A DNA stretch of 32,000 nt from Thermofilum pendens Hrk 5. GTDB taxonomy: Archaea; Thermoproteota; Thermoprotei; Thermofilales; Thermofilaceae. Within the stretch, counting starts at the first letter, position 1, and every line of letters begins with the position of its first letter. The translations under genes and the position numbers were made by a program. Under the pieces are notes generated by a model. That model was not told the DNA's origin. It worked only from the letters and a program-made list of their open reading frames with translations, and ran no database searches. The stretch is from contig NC_008698.1 of NCBI RefSeq assembly GCF_000015225.1, positions 1,500,001-1,532,000 of the forward strand, read 5' to 3'. Positions 1 to 8,826 of this stretch are shown here, piece after piece.

Positions 1-14
1 ACAGCCTAGTCGAG

Positions 15-1019
15 ATGTTCCGAGTGCTCGGTGCAGGCAGACCCGAGGCAGAGATCTACCAGGCGTTACTGAAGTACGGTCCCTCCACTCTTCGCGAGCT
101 TAGCGACAAGGTGGACATGGTTGGATCGCAGCTCCATCAATACCTCAAGAGGCTGGTAAGGCTTGGGCTGGTAGAGGTCAGCAGGGGCAAGCCCAGCATA
201 TACAGGGCTGTCTCCGTGGAAACGTTTGACGCCATATACAGGAGCAGGGTCGAGAGCCTCAGGAAGAATGCTCTCGAGAGGCTGAAATCCATTTCCGCGC
301 AGGCGCACCCAGCCTCGCGGGAGTACGGGGTCTACGTGCTACGTAGCTGGAGAGCGTTCCGCATTCGGGGGCTCGAGTACATACGGTCCGCTAAGTGCGA
401 CGTCATAGTGTGCGGCGACAGCTCGTTCGTGAAGCCGTACTGGGAGGAGCTGAGAAAGAAGGAGGAAGAAGGGGTTAACGTCTTCGTCATTCTCTACGAG
501 CTACCAGGCATACCGGTCAGGGAGGACGAGGTGGTCGTCAGGAAGGCTAGGAAGGCTGTCTCCGGGGATATGATGGTGGTCGTGGACTCCCGGGTTGCGC
601 TTGTGGCGCAAAGGAGGCTCGGTCCCGGCGAGAGACCCGAGTACGGTCTATCCGTGGAAGAGCCCGTGCTGATAGACTACTTGGAGCAGGATTTCTTCAA
701 CCGCTGGCTGAGGGGTAGCGTTATAAGGGATGAGCCTGTGCGCCTGCCATCCTGCTTCACCGTGAACAGGCTCGCACTCATCGAGGCACAGAGGCTCCTC
801 TCAGAGGGAAGGAGGCTGAGCCTAACGGCGTACGGGCGGTACACGGGCTCCCGGGGAGAAGCCATCGTCGAGGGGATAGTGCGGGACGCCGTCGTAGACC
901 AGGCAACGGGCGTGGCGCACTTCGTGGTGGACACGCGCGCCGGGAGCATCAGGATAGGGGGGCCCGACGCCGTAGTAGAGGAGTTTGCCGCGTCGAGAAT
1001 CGAGTTAAGGGGTGCGTGA
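15..1019 (+). CDS. TrmB-family transcriptional regulator (full-length, sugar-sensing type)
   Basis: The N-terminal winged HTH is typical of TrmB (IYQALLKYGPSTLRELSDKVDMVGSQLHQYLKRLVRLGLVEV...SIYRAV). The 334 aa length fits TrmB-type proteins with a C-terminal effector domain. ATG start at 15. The stop overlaps or abuts the next gene. Confidence 0.75.
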   Translation: MFRVLGAGRPEAEIYQALLKYGPSTLRELSDKVDMVGSQLHQYLKRLVRLGLVEVSRGKPSIYRAVSVETFDAIYRSRVESLRKNALERLKSISAQAHPASREYGVYVLRSWRAFRIRGLEYIRSAKCDVIVCGDSSFVKPYWEELRKKEEEGVNVFVILYELPGIPVREDEVVVRKARKAVSGDMMVVVDSRVALVAQRRLGPGERPEYGLSVEEPVLIDYLEQDFFNRWLRGSVIRDEPVRLPSCFTVNRLALIEAQRLLSEGRRLSLTAYGRYTGSRGEAIVEGIVRDAVVDQATGVAHFVVDTRAGSIRIGGPDAVVEEFAASRIELRGA

Positions 1020-1020
1020 A

Positions 1021-3177
1021 ATGGCCAGGATACTGCAGTTCAACTTCGAGGATAAGCTAGCCCAGTACGCAGACCGCGTTACCGGCGCGGACATAGTGGG
1101 GCTCGCGGCTGAGCTCCACTGCGACACTGTAGTCATCTTCGCGAGGGACGCCTGGGGGAGGGCGTACTACGACAGCGCCGTTGCAAGGAAGGTAGCAAGC
1201 CTGAAGTCCAGAGACTTGCTACGCGAAGTAGTGGAGGAGGCTCACAGGCGCGGAATAAAGGTCGTGGCGATGATAGGGCATACGACGAACCCGGAGCTGT
1301 ACAGCTCCCACCCCGAGTGGGCTCAGCGCGACAGGAACGGGAGGGTAATACACATGGACACGGATCCCCAGGGCGTTAAGGACAAGGTTAGGTGGCCGCT
1401 CATGTGCCTGAACTCCCCGTTCCTCGACTACGTGCTCAGGGAGGCGGAGGAGGTCCTGCGCTATGGTGTCGACGGCGTGTTCCTCGACTCGTTCAGGTAC
1501 ATGCCCGACGTGGAGAGAGCCTGCTTCTGCGAGAACTGCAGGAAGGCTTACGCGGAGGAGGTCGGAGGAGAGCTACCGTCGGAGGAAGACTGGGACAGCG
1601 AGGCCTTCAGGAGGGCCTTCGCGTGGAGGTACAGGGTGAACGTGAAGGCTCTCGAGAGAGTTAAGGACTTCGTGAGAAAGGCGAAGCCGGGAGCCTTCCT
1701 CGTGTACAACAGCCACCCAGCCGGCTGGAGGGGCAGGGCGAACACGATAGTCGAGATGTCCAGGAACGCCGTCGACGTCGTCTTCGCCGAGGGCTCCGAG
1801 GCTGACTACCAGCCGCCGGGCTTCCTCGCCGAGATAGTCAAGCTGTCCAAGGCTATGGGTGCAAAGAGGGTTTGGGCAACCCGCAACTCGTTCCACATGG
1901 CCCTCACAACAACCACGACGAGCCCCGTAGTAGTAAGGCAGGGGATACGCGAGATATTCGCGGCGGGAGGGGAGCCCATGCTCCTGGTATTCAGCTCCGC
2001 CTTCGTTCAGTCCCCGAAGGGGCTGAAGGCAGCCGCCCAGGCTTTCAGAGAAGTAGAGGCGCTAGAAGAGTACATGGAGGGGGCCGAGCGGCTACGCTAC
2101 GCGGGCGTAGTCTACTCGAATAGGAGCAGGGACTGGCTCGGGCGGAGCGACCCGAGGCACGTGACGGACGAGGCGAGGGGGCTCTACTACGCGCTGGCGT
2201 ACAGCGGGTACCCTGTCGACTTCGTATCCGACACCCAGCTGGACTCGGGAGAGCTGAAGGGCTACAGAGTGCTCCTCCTGGGCAGTGTCGCCAGTATGTC
2301 GAGAAGGGGGGTAGCGTCGCTCGCAGAGCGCGCCGCGAGAGGCCTTGGAGTCGTAGCCACGTACCTGACGTCCACGATGGACGAGGACGGGCGCCAGCTA
2401 GAGGAGTTCCAGCTATCGGAGCTACTCGGAGTCTCGTACAAGGGGGTTCTCGAACTACCGTGGAGCTACGTCCTCCCACACGGCGAGCACCCCGTGACGG
2501 AGGGACTCCAGGGCGAGGCTATCCTCTGGGGCGACTACGATAGGGTGTTCAACGGTAGAAGGGTTCCGCCGAGCATCGCGTGGCACGCTCGCGTGAAGGC
2601 ACTCGAAGGAACCTCGGTGCTGGGATACGTGGGCGAGCCCGCCGGGGAGTACGGCTACGAGTACGAGAACGGGAGGTCTCCGCCCCTCCTGGGGTCGCCT
2701 ACAGGGGCACCGGCCATCACCGCGAGGGAGGAACCTCGCGTCGTGTACTTCTCCGGACAACTCGGCAGGCTGTTCTGGAGGACCGGCCTCCCCCAGCACG
2801 AAGCGCTGATACTCAACGCCGCCAGGTGGGCCGGCGGAGAGCCCCCGCTGAAGCTGGAGAGCGAGGGACTCGTTCTCGTCGAGCCTTACACGAGAAGCGG
2901 TCAGCTAGTCGTGCACCTCGTGAACCTAACGTACGACAGGAGGATCATTGTACGCGGAAACACCGCGGATCCCGATGCCTGGCACTCGACGAGCGAGAGC
3001 GTGATGCCGCCTAGGCGCGTAGTACCCGTTGAAGCACACCTACGCCTAAGAGGCTTCGCCCCGAAGAAAGCCTACTCCCCCCTAACCTCGAAGAAGTACG
3101 AGGTAGAGACTAAGGGCGAGGAGGTTGCTATAAGAGTACCCCTCGAGGAGTACGAGGTACTGGTGCTCGACCTCTAA
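1021..3177 (+). CDS. Putative cytoplasmic glycoside hydrolase, GH42-related/GHL6-like TIM barrel plus beta-galactosidase-trimerisation-like domain
   Basis: A GH42-style Cys cluster is present (PLMCLNSPF ... ACFCENCRKAY). The middle region resembles the GH42 trimerisation/class-I GATase-like domain (GYRVLLLGSVASM). No signal peptide. ATG 1021 lies 7 nt after an AGGGGT Shine-Dalgarno-like element; GTG 1012 is the alternative start given in the ORF track. Confidence 0.6.
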   Translation: MARILQFNFEDKLAQYADRVTGADIVGLAAELHCDTVVIFARDAWGRAYYDSAVARKVASLKSRDLLREVVEEAHRRGIKVVAMIGHTTNPELYSSHPEWAQRDRNGRVIHMDTDPQGVKDKVRWPLMCLNSPFLDYVLREAEEVLRYGVDGVFLDSFRYMPDVERACFCENCRKAYAEEVGGELPSEEDWDSEAFRRAFAWRYRVNVKALERVKDFVRKAKPGAFLVYNSHPAGWRGRANTIVEMSRNAVDVVFAEGSEADYQPPGFLAEIVKLSKAMGAKRVWATRNSFHMALTTTTTSPVVVRQGIREIFAAGGEPMLLVFSSAFVQSPKGLKAAAQAFREVEALEEYMEGAERLRYAGVVYSNRSRDWLGRSDPRHVTDEARGLYYALAYSGYPVDFVSDTQLDSGELKGYRVLLLGSVASMSRRGVASLAERAARGLGVVATYLTSTMDEDGRQLEEFQLSELLGVSYKGVLELPWSYVLPHGEHPVTEGLQGEAILWGDYDRVFNGRRVPPSIAWHARVKALEGTSVLGYVGEPAGEYGYEYENGRSPPLLGSPTGAPAITAREEPRVVYFSGQLGRLFWRTGLPQHEALILNAARWAGGEPPLKLESEGLVLVEPYTRSGQLVVHLVNLTYDRRIIVRGNTADPDAWHSTSESVMPPRRVVPVEAHLRLRGFAPKKAYSPLTSKKYEVETKGEEVAIRVPLEEYEVLVLDL

Positions 3178-3234
3178 CGCGCGCCCGGCTTTTCTCTCTT
3201 CTCATCTTCTCAAGAGGGATCTGCGGAGCAACCG

Positions 3235-4332
3235 CTACGCCCAGCCGGTCTTCTTGTCTATAACCAGCGTCCTATCCGCCGGCACGACTAGGTACAGCTT
3301 CGATCCAACATCGTAGTTCTCCCTGGCCTCGACTCTAAGGGTGACGCCCTCCGAGACCCTCACCCGGTAATCGTACACGTCCCCGAGGTACGTCTTCCTA
3401 ACCACGACCCCCTCGAAAACGTTCACCCTGGACTCGTCGACTTTCTCTGGGCGCGTCCCCCGTAGCTCGATGTAGCCTGGCCTTACCCCCACTATAACGG
3501 GGGCCTTCTCGTGCACCCTCTTTGTGTACGCCTTCACGTAAAGCCCGTCGCCCACCCTGACGAGGACGTAGCCTTCCCCTAGGAACTCCTCGATGCGTCC
3601 CTCCAGGAAGTTTATCTTGCCTATAAAGTCCGCGACGAAGGCGTTGGCAGGCTCTTCGTATATTTCCCTCGGAGTACCTATCTGCACTATTCTGCCGTCC
3701 TTCATGACGGCTATCCTATCCGAGAGTGCTAGGGCCTCTGCCTGGTCGTGCGTTACGTACACGGCTGTTACTCCGAGCTTTCTCTGAAGCTCTTTCAGCT
3801 CGAACCTCATCTCCTCGCGGAGCTTGGCGTCCAAGTTGCTCAAAGGCTCGTCCAGCAGTATTACCCGCGGCTGAACAGCCAGTGCGCGCGCCAAGGCGAC
3901 TCTCTGCTGCTGACCCCCGCTCAGCTGGTGGGGGTACCTGTCTTTCAACTCGTAGAGCCTGACTATCTCCAGCGCCTCTTTAACTCTCCTTTGAACCTCG
4001 TCTGCAGGCATGCCCCTAGCCCTGAGCGGGAAGGCCACGTTGTCGTAGACCGTCATATGGGGCCAAAGAGCGTAGTTCTGGAAAACCATCCCCATGCCCC
4101 GCTTCTCGGGAGGAGCGTTCGTGATGTCCTCGCCCTCTACCAGCACCCTTCCCTCGTCTGGCACCGTTAGGCCGGCTATTATCCTAAGAGTAGTAGTCTT
4201 GCCACAGCCGCTGGGGCCCAGTAGGCCGAGCATTTCTCCCCTCTCAACCGAGAAGCTCACGTGGTCTACGGCGAGCACTTTACCGTAGCGTTTAACCAGG
4301 TTCTCAGCGCTTAGGTACGGCATATAGCCCAC
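3235..4332 (-). CDS. ABC importer ATP-binding protein (FbpC/PotA/MalK-like, with C-terminal TOBE-like domain)
   Basis: Walker A GPSGCGKTT, Q-loop, signature LSGGQQQRVALARAL, Walker B ILLDEPLSNLD and H-loop VTHDQ are all present. A C-terminal beta-rich extension of about 120 aa follows. Confidence 0.9.
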   Translation of the reverse strand: MGYMPYLSAENLVKRYGKVLAVDHVSFSVERGEMLGLLGPSGCGKTTTLRIIAGLTVPDEGRVLVEGEDITNAPPEKRGMGMVFQNYALWPHMTVYDNVAFPLRARGMPADEVQRRVKEALEIVRLYELKDRYPHQLSGGQQQRVALARALAVQPRVILLDEPLSNLDAKLREEMRFELKELQRKLGVTAVYVTHDQAEALALSDRIAVMKDGRIVQIGTPREIYEEPANAFVADFIGKINFLEGRIEEFLGEGYVLVRVGDGLYVKAYTKRVHEKAPVIVGVRPGYIELRGTRPEKVDESRVNVFEGVVVRKTYLGDVYDYRVRVSEGVTLRVEARENYDVGSKLYLVVPADRTLVIDKKTGWA

Positions 4333-4403
4333 TCACCCCCTGCCCGGGATCCCCTCCTCGGAGGACGAGAGGGGAGGCTTCGCGGAGTTCAAGGCGCAAT
4401 CCC

Positions 4404-4418
4404 GCCTCATTATGAGGC
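4404..4418. promoter_or_regulatory. Perfect 15-nt palindrome GCCTCATTATGAGGC in the divergent ABC-importer intergenic region; candidate operator
   Basis: Read directly from the sequence. It lies immediately upstream of the AT-rich TATA-like tract at 4421-4440, between the minus-strand ATPase gene and the plus-strand SBP gene. Confidence 0.35.
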
Positions 4419-4420
4419 AA

Positions 4421-4440
4421 TAAACTTTATGTATTTTTTG
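4421..4440 (+). promoter_or_regulatory. AT-rich TATA-like promoter element for the SBP-permease operon
   Basis: The sequence is taaactttatgtattttttg. Its centre lies about 37 nt upstream of ATG 4467. Confidence 0.4.
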
Positions 4441-4466
4441 GCGGAATTATATTTGGTGCAGGCATT

Positions 4467-5531
4467 ATGCCAAAGCTCAAAGTCCTAGGAATACTTCTCG
4501 TAATCGTACTAGCAGTAGCCATCGGCGCATTGGTATACTTTGGCTCTAAACCTTCTCAGCCGGCTACACCGGCAAAGGCTGTCGTCGAGCTACCGACCGG
4601 CGAAAGAATAGAGGTTCCGGAGAACGTCGCCGGCAAGGTGGTATTCTACACAAGTATACCAGACGTCATCGTAAATTCTTGGAAGGGTAACTGGAGCAAG
4701 TACTTCGGGTCTACGATATCGCTGGAGGTCTGGAGGTCCGGGACGGGGAAAGTGGTCGCTAAGCTCCTTGCGGAGAAAAAGGCCGGTAGCGTGGAGGCAG
4801 ACGTTGTCTACATAGCATCACCCTTCGAGTTCGAGACCTTGATAAACGAGAGCATCATAGAGAAGTTCCCCGACATTCCCGAGCTGAAATACATCCCCCA
4901 GGAGTACAGGGATCCCAGAGGGTACTACGTGTGGGGAAGAGTGCTTGTAATGGTGATAGTGTATAACCCGAACATAGTGACTGACCCGCCGAAGTCGTGG
5001 CAGGACTTGGTGAAGCCTGAGTGGAAAGGTAAGGTAGTGATAGCCAACCCACTCTACTCGGGATCCACGCAGGTCGCAGTAGCGGCCCTCGCCTCAAAGT
5101 TCGGGTGGAGCTACTTCGAAAAGCTGAAGGAAAACGATGTACTCGTTGTACAAGACGTGCCCGACGTCGCAAGGGTTGTTGCCACGGGTGAGAGACCCGT
5201 AGGCGTGACGCTTACAATGTACCTCGGGGCGTACCCCACGCTAAAGTTCGTAGCACCGGAGGAGGGGGCCATAGCGATACCCAGCCCCGTAGGCCTAGTA
5301 AAGAACGCCAAGCACCCGGAGGACGCTAAGGTGTTCTTGAGGTTCCTGCTCTCCAAGCTAGGGGCCCAGGCCTTAACCGATGCCTACACCTACTCTACCA
5401 GGATTGATGCCCCTGCGCCGAAGGGTCTTCCACCGCTCTCCCAGCTGAAGATCCTGAAGGTAAGCATGGACGAGCTAAGGCCCATTGTGAGCCAAATAAG
5501 GGATAAGTGGACGCAGATATTCGGTGGATAA
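4467..5531 (+). CDS. ABC importer substrate-binding protein, Fe(III)/thiamine (FbpA/AfuA/TbpA)-like family
   Basis: N-terminal membrane anchor (KVLGILLVIVLAVAIGALVYF). Class-II SBP pattern (VVFYTS..., SGTGKVVAKLLAEKKAGSVEADVVY, WKGKVVIANP). Sits directly upstream of a fused two-domain permease. Confidence 0.8.
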   Translation: MPKLKVLGILLVIVLAVAIGALVYFGSKPSQPATPAKAVVELPTGERIEVPENVAGKVVFYTSIPDVIVNSWKGNWSKYFGSTISLEVWRSGTGKVVAKLLAEKKAGSVEADVVYIASPFEFETLINESIIEKFPDIPELKYIPQEYRDPRGYYVWGRVLVMVIVYNPNIVTDPPKSWQDLVKPEWKGKVVIANPLYSGSTQVAVAALASKFGWSYFEKLKENDVLVVQDVPDVARVVATGERPVGVTLTMYLGAYPTLKFVAPEEGAIAIPSPVGLVKNAKHPEDAKVFLRFLLSKLGAQALTDAYTYSTRIDAPAPKGLPPLSQLKILKVSMDELRPIVSQIRDKWTQIFGG

Positions 5532-5560
5532 AAAATCTTTATTTTTTTGGGCGTTGCGCT

Positions 5561-7192
5561 ATGGTGCCTAAGTGGCTGACCGTCGCTCTTCTAGTAGCGG
5601 CCGTAGCCCTGGTTCTGCCCCCCATACTGCTCATTTTCTCAGATGTGGCAACGCTGGCCGTCGAGGACCCGCAGAGACTGAACTCTCTGCTCTCCAAGCC
5701 CTACTACCTGTATAGGCCGCTAGTAAACTCGGTGTTCGTGTGTAGCCTTACGGCTCTCCTGGCCACGCTTGTAGGGCTGATGTTCGCGTGGCTCCTGGCG
5801 CGCTACAACATCCCGAGAAGAGAGCTCCTACTCTCCCTGCTCACGGGACCCTACGTGATACCCTCGTTCCTGATAGCAACAGGGTGGATTATGCTCTGGA
5901 CAAACCGCGGTCTCTACGAGCAGTTCACGGGGATGCGGAGCCCGCTAAACCCCTACGGACCCTTAAACCTCGTTTTCGTGCTCGCTTTGCACAACTACCC
6001 GCTCGCCATGCTCTCGATCTACCCCGCGCTACTCAACCTGGACGCAAGCCTGGAGGAAGCCGCTAGGATCCACGGTGTGTCTCCGCGGAGGATAGCCACG
6101 GGTATAGTGCTACCCCTCGTGCTACCGAGCGTGCTCTCCGGCTTTATACTGACGTTCGCCTACTCGATCTCGGAGTTTGGTGCCCCGGCGGTGCTAGGCC
6201 TCCCCGTGGGGTACACAACGCTTGTAACGCAGATATACTCCCTGATGACCGTGTCCCCCGTGGACTACGCGGCCGCGGAGGTACTCTCGGTTGTGCTCTC
6301 CGCTATAAGCCTGCTCGCGCTCTACCTGAACTTCTTCGTGCTTTCGAGAAAGAGGTACGCGGTCGTGACGGGGAAAGCGGCCAGAGTCGAGGAAAGGAAG
6401 CCTAGCTACAAGGCTTTCGCGGCGATTGCAACCTCCTTGGTGCTCGTCTACATGCCAATACTGGCCGTAATCGTGGGTTCCCTTGTGAGAACGTGGGGCG
6501 AGCCGATAACGCTCTCCAATCTGGGGGTTGACCACTACCTGAAGATACTCGCTATGGAGCGTAGCAGGAGGGCACTCGTAGCTACCCTCCTCCTAAGCCT
6601 GGGGGCAGCCAGCATAGCGAGCATCGTAGGGCTACTCGTCGCATATGTTGCCGTCCGCTCCCCCTCGCTACTCTCCAGGATCATAGACTACATAGTCTTC
6701 CTCCCGTTCAGCATACCGGGGCTCGTTATAGGCGTGGGGCTCCTGGTAGCGGCTGGTAAGCTTTACGGACCACTCTACGGGACAGTGGGAATCCTGCTCG
6801 TAGCTTTCGTGATAAGGTTCCTGCCCTACGCTACTAGGACGCTAGCCCCCGCACTCCTCCAAATAGACGAGAGCCTCGAGGAGGCCTCCAGGATTCACGG
6901 AGTAAGCTTCGGCAAAACCCTAGCAAGGGTCGTGCTCCCGCTTTCAGCAGGCGCGCTACTCAGTAGCTGGATCTTCGTCTTCAACAGCTCGATGAAGGAG
7001 TTAAGCGCTAGCGCTATACTCTCAACGCAGGTTGAGACCGCGATTGTCGTGGCTTTCCTCCTATTCACGGACGGGTACTTCAGCGACGGGGCAGCGCTCT
7101 CAATAATAATCGTCCTGGTAACTCTTCTCCTGACGGCGGTAGCCTCCAAGCTCGCGAAGGGAGGAGCCCTAGCGAGACGGCAAGGCGCGTAG
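5561..7192 (+). CDS. ABC importer permease, fused double-domain (FbpB/ThiP-like)
   Basis: About 12 hydrophobic segments and two EAA-like loops (LEEAARIHGVSPRR and LEEASRIHGVSFGK). ATG 5561 (MVPKWLT...) is preferred over the track start 5507, because 5507-5560 overlaps the SBP gene end and an AT-rich spacer. Confidence 0.85.
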   Translation: MVPKWLTVALLVAAVALVLPPILLIFSDVATLAVEDPQRLNSLLSKPYYLYRPLVNSVFVCSLTALLATLVGLMFAWLLARYNIPRRELLLSLLTGPYVIPSFLIATGWIMLWTNRGLYEQFTGMRSPLNPYGPLNLVFVLALHNYPLAMLSIYPALLNLDASLEEAARIHGVSPRRIATGIVLPLVLPSVLSGFILTFAYSISEFGAPAVLGLPVGYTTLVTQIYSLMTVSPVDYAAAEVLSVVLSAISLLALYLNFFVLSRKRYAVVTGKAARVEERKPSYKAFAAIATSLVLVYMPILAVIVGSLVRTWGEPITLSNLGVDHYLKILAMERSRRALVATLLLSLGAASIASIVGLLVAYVAVRSPSLLSRIIDYIVFLPFSIPGLVIGVGLLVAAGKLYGPLYGTVGILLVAFVIRFLPYATRTLAPALLQIDESLEEASRIHGVSFGKTLARVVLPLSAGALLSSWIFVFNSSMKELSASAILSTQVETAIVVAFLLFTDGYFSDGAALSIIIVLVTLLLTAVASKLAKGGALARRQGA

Positions 7193-7211
7193 ACCCACAG
7201 TTAAAACATAA

Positions 7212-7565
7212 ATGCTCCTAGCATCCAGTAGCGAAGAGGCCGTACCGGATAGGTTCGAAGAGGCTAAGAAGCGGTTCCTCCAAGCCTTAAGAGACCTTAA
7301 AGCTACGCGTGACAGCTCGGCTACCGATAGCTACGAGTGGGCATGCTTTCAGGCGCAACAGGCCGCCGGAAAAGCAGTCAGGGCCCTGCTCTACGCGCTC
7401 ACGCCGAGTGCGTGGGGACACAGCGTTGTCGATCTAGCGACGCTGAGAGGCTACGAGGACGTGTCCGAGGATTTGTACATCGTTGCCCGCGCGCGGGCAA
7501 GGAGCGCGTACAGGAAAGCTGGGAGAGCTTGGATTAGGCCTCTGGAGAGCCGAGCCGAAAGTTAG
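7212..7565 (+). CDS. HEPN-domain-like small protein (divergent, orphan)
   Basis: The helical core resembles HEPN (YEWACFQAQQAAGKAVRALLYAL....GHSVVDLATL). No Arg lies 4-6 residues before the His, and no adjacent nucleotidyltransferase gene is present. Confidence 0.4.
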   Translation: MLLASSSEEAVPDRFEEAKKRFLQALRDLKATRDSSATDSYEWACFQAQQAAGKAVRALLYALTPSAWGHSVVDLATLRGYEDVSEDLYIVARARARSAYRKAGRAWIRPLESRAES

Positions 7566-7585
7566 CGAAAAAAAGCTAGGTCTTT

Positions 7586-8807
7586 ATGGGGTGTTGGTGG
7601 CAAGCCATGAGGTGGAGTGAACTACCGGAGCCCGCTAGGCGCTACATCCTCTACCACGTTGCTACAGCGCCGCTCCTCTTCGCCTGGTACATGCTACCCT
7701 ACAGCCTCGTCGAGGAGGGCTACACCGCCGTTCAGCTCGGCGCTCTCTACGCGGCCGTGAACGTAGCATCGTTGCCCGCCAGGATCCTCATCGGCAGGTA
7801 CTTCACTTTCCACGACGTGAAGAAGGGGTTAGCGTTTATCGACGTGCTAGAGGCCGCGTCCCTGTTGCTCCTCTACTTCGCTACAGGCGGCTTCGCCGTC
7901 CTCGTTGCGAGGGTAGCGCTCCTCCTCTCGAAGGTAGCGGGGATCCTCCACCCCGCTCTACCAGGCGTACGAGAGGGCTGTCTACCCGGAGGACAGGTTG
8001 AAAGATGCGCTCGTATGGCACATGCTTCTCCCAGAGGCGTCTGCCGCCATCAGCTACCCATTGCTGGGCTACGCTCTCAGCGCGCTTCGCCCTGGCTCCG
8101 TGAGGGAGGGCTTCCTCGCGCTCGCCGTTGCCCACGTAGCGCTCGCCATCTACGTGCTCGCGCTCTTCTACCCGGTAACCCTCAAGGAGGGGGAAGAGGG
8201 ATCGTTGCTAGACGACTTGAGAAAACTGGCCGGAGCGCTCGGGGGGAGGCTGAGGCTCTACCTGTCTGTAGAGCTACTCTACCTACTAGCCTGGCAACTC
8301 ACGCCGGCCTTCGTCCTCGTGAACTACGTGGTAGAGGGGTACGGTGGGAACCTGTTCCATGTTGCCCTGTTCGATGCATCGATGAGCACTGCCTCCGTAG
8401 CCTCAATGCTCGTAGTCGACAGAGTGCCCGCGCGGCTTGGCTTTCGGGCAATGGCTCTCTCGGCGGCTGGGGTCTCCGCATCCATGCTCCTCCTCTCGGC
8501 GAAGCCCCCGCTCTGGGCCCTCATGGTGCTGGGCTTCGCGCTTAGGATGTTCGACTCCGCGTTCCTCGTGTTCAGCAGGGCCTGGCTCTACGGCTCTATC
8601 GCGAGGGAGGAGGCGGCCCTAGTATCGTCAGGGCTATCCGCGCTGAGCTTGACCGTGCTCCTGGCTGTACCTCTCCTAGCAGGCCTGCTGGCCGCAGTTT
8701 CCCCGGGGTTGCCGTACCTGGCGGGCTCTTTCCTGGTCGCCGCGACTCTGCCACTCATCGCAGAGGCCTCGAAGTCGGCGGGTCAGGCGCGCCCGCGTGT
8801 AGGCTAG
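7586..8807 (+). pseudogene. MFS-like multi-pass permease interrupted by a +1 frameshift near 7938-7944
   Basis: The frame of ORF 7586 is membrane-protein-like up to ...LLLSKVAG, then turns into R/P/G-rich nonsense. The frame of ORF 7998 is open from 7938 and reads ...GSSTPLYQAYERAVYPEDRLKDALVW followed by about 8 hydrophobic helices through 8807. The switch maps to the G-run in gtagcGGGGatcc. The alternative N-terminal start is ATG 7607. Confidence 0.6.
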
Positions 8808-8826
8808 GCTTTACCAGCCGCCTCCG

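Noticed and set aside
1392-3014. Several 80-144 aa ORFs in alternative frames and on the opposite strand within the glycosidase-like gene
   Set aside because: Their translations are R/G/P-rich, as expected for off-frame GC-rich coding DNA. They are fully nested in a long ORF with protein-like composition.
5507-5560. Track start at 5507 for the ABC permease (MDADIRWIKNLYFFGRCA...)
   Set aside because: This extension overlaps the SBP gene end and reads through an AT-rich spacer. The hydrophobic N-terminus begins naturally at ATG 5561.
7950-8545. C-terminal two-thirds of ORF 7586..8545 as genuine coding sequence
   Set aside because: After about residue 120 the translation becomes Arg/Pro/Gly-rich nonsense. 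The overlapping frame (7938-8807) encodes regular hydrophobic helices. This is best explained by a frameshift, not by two overlapping genes.
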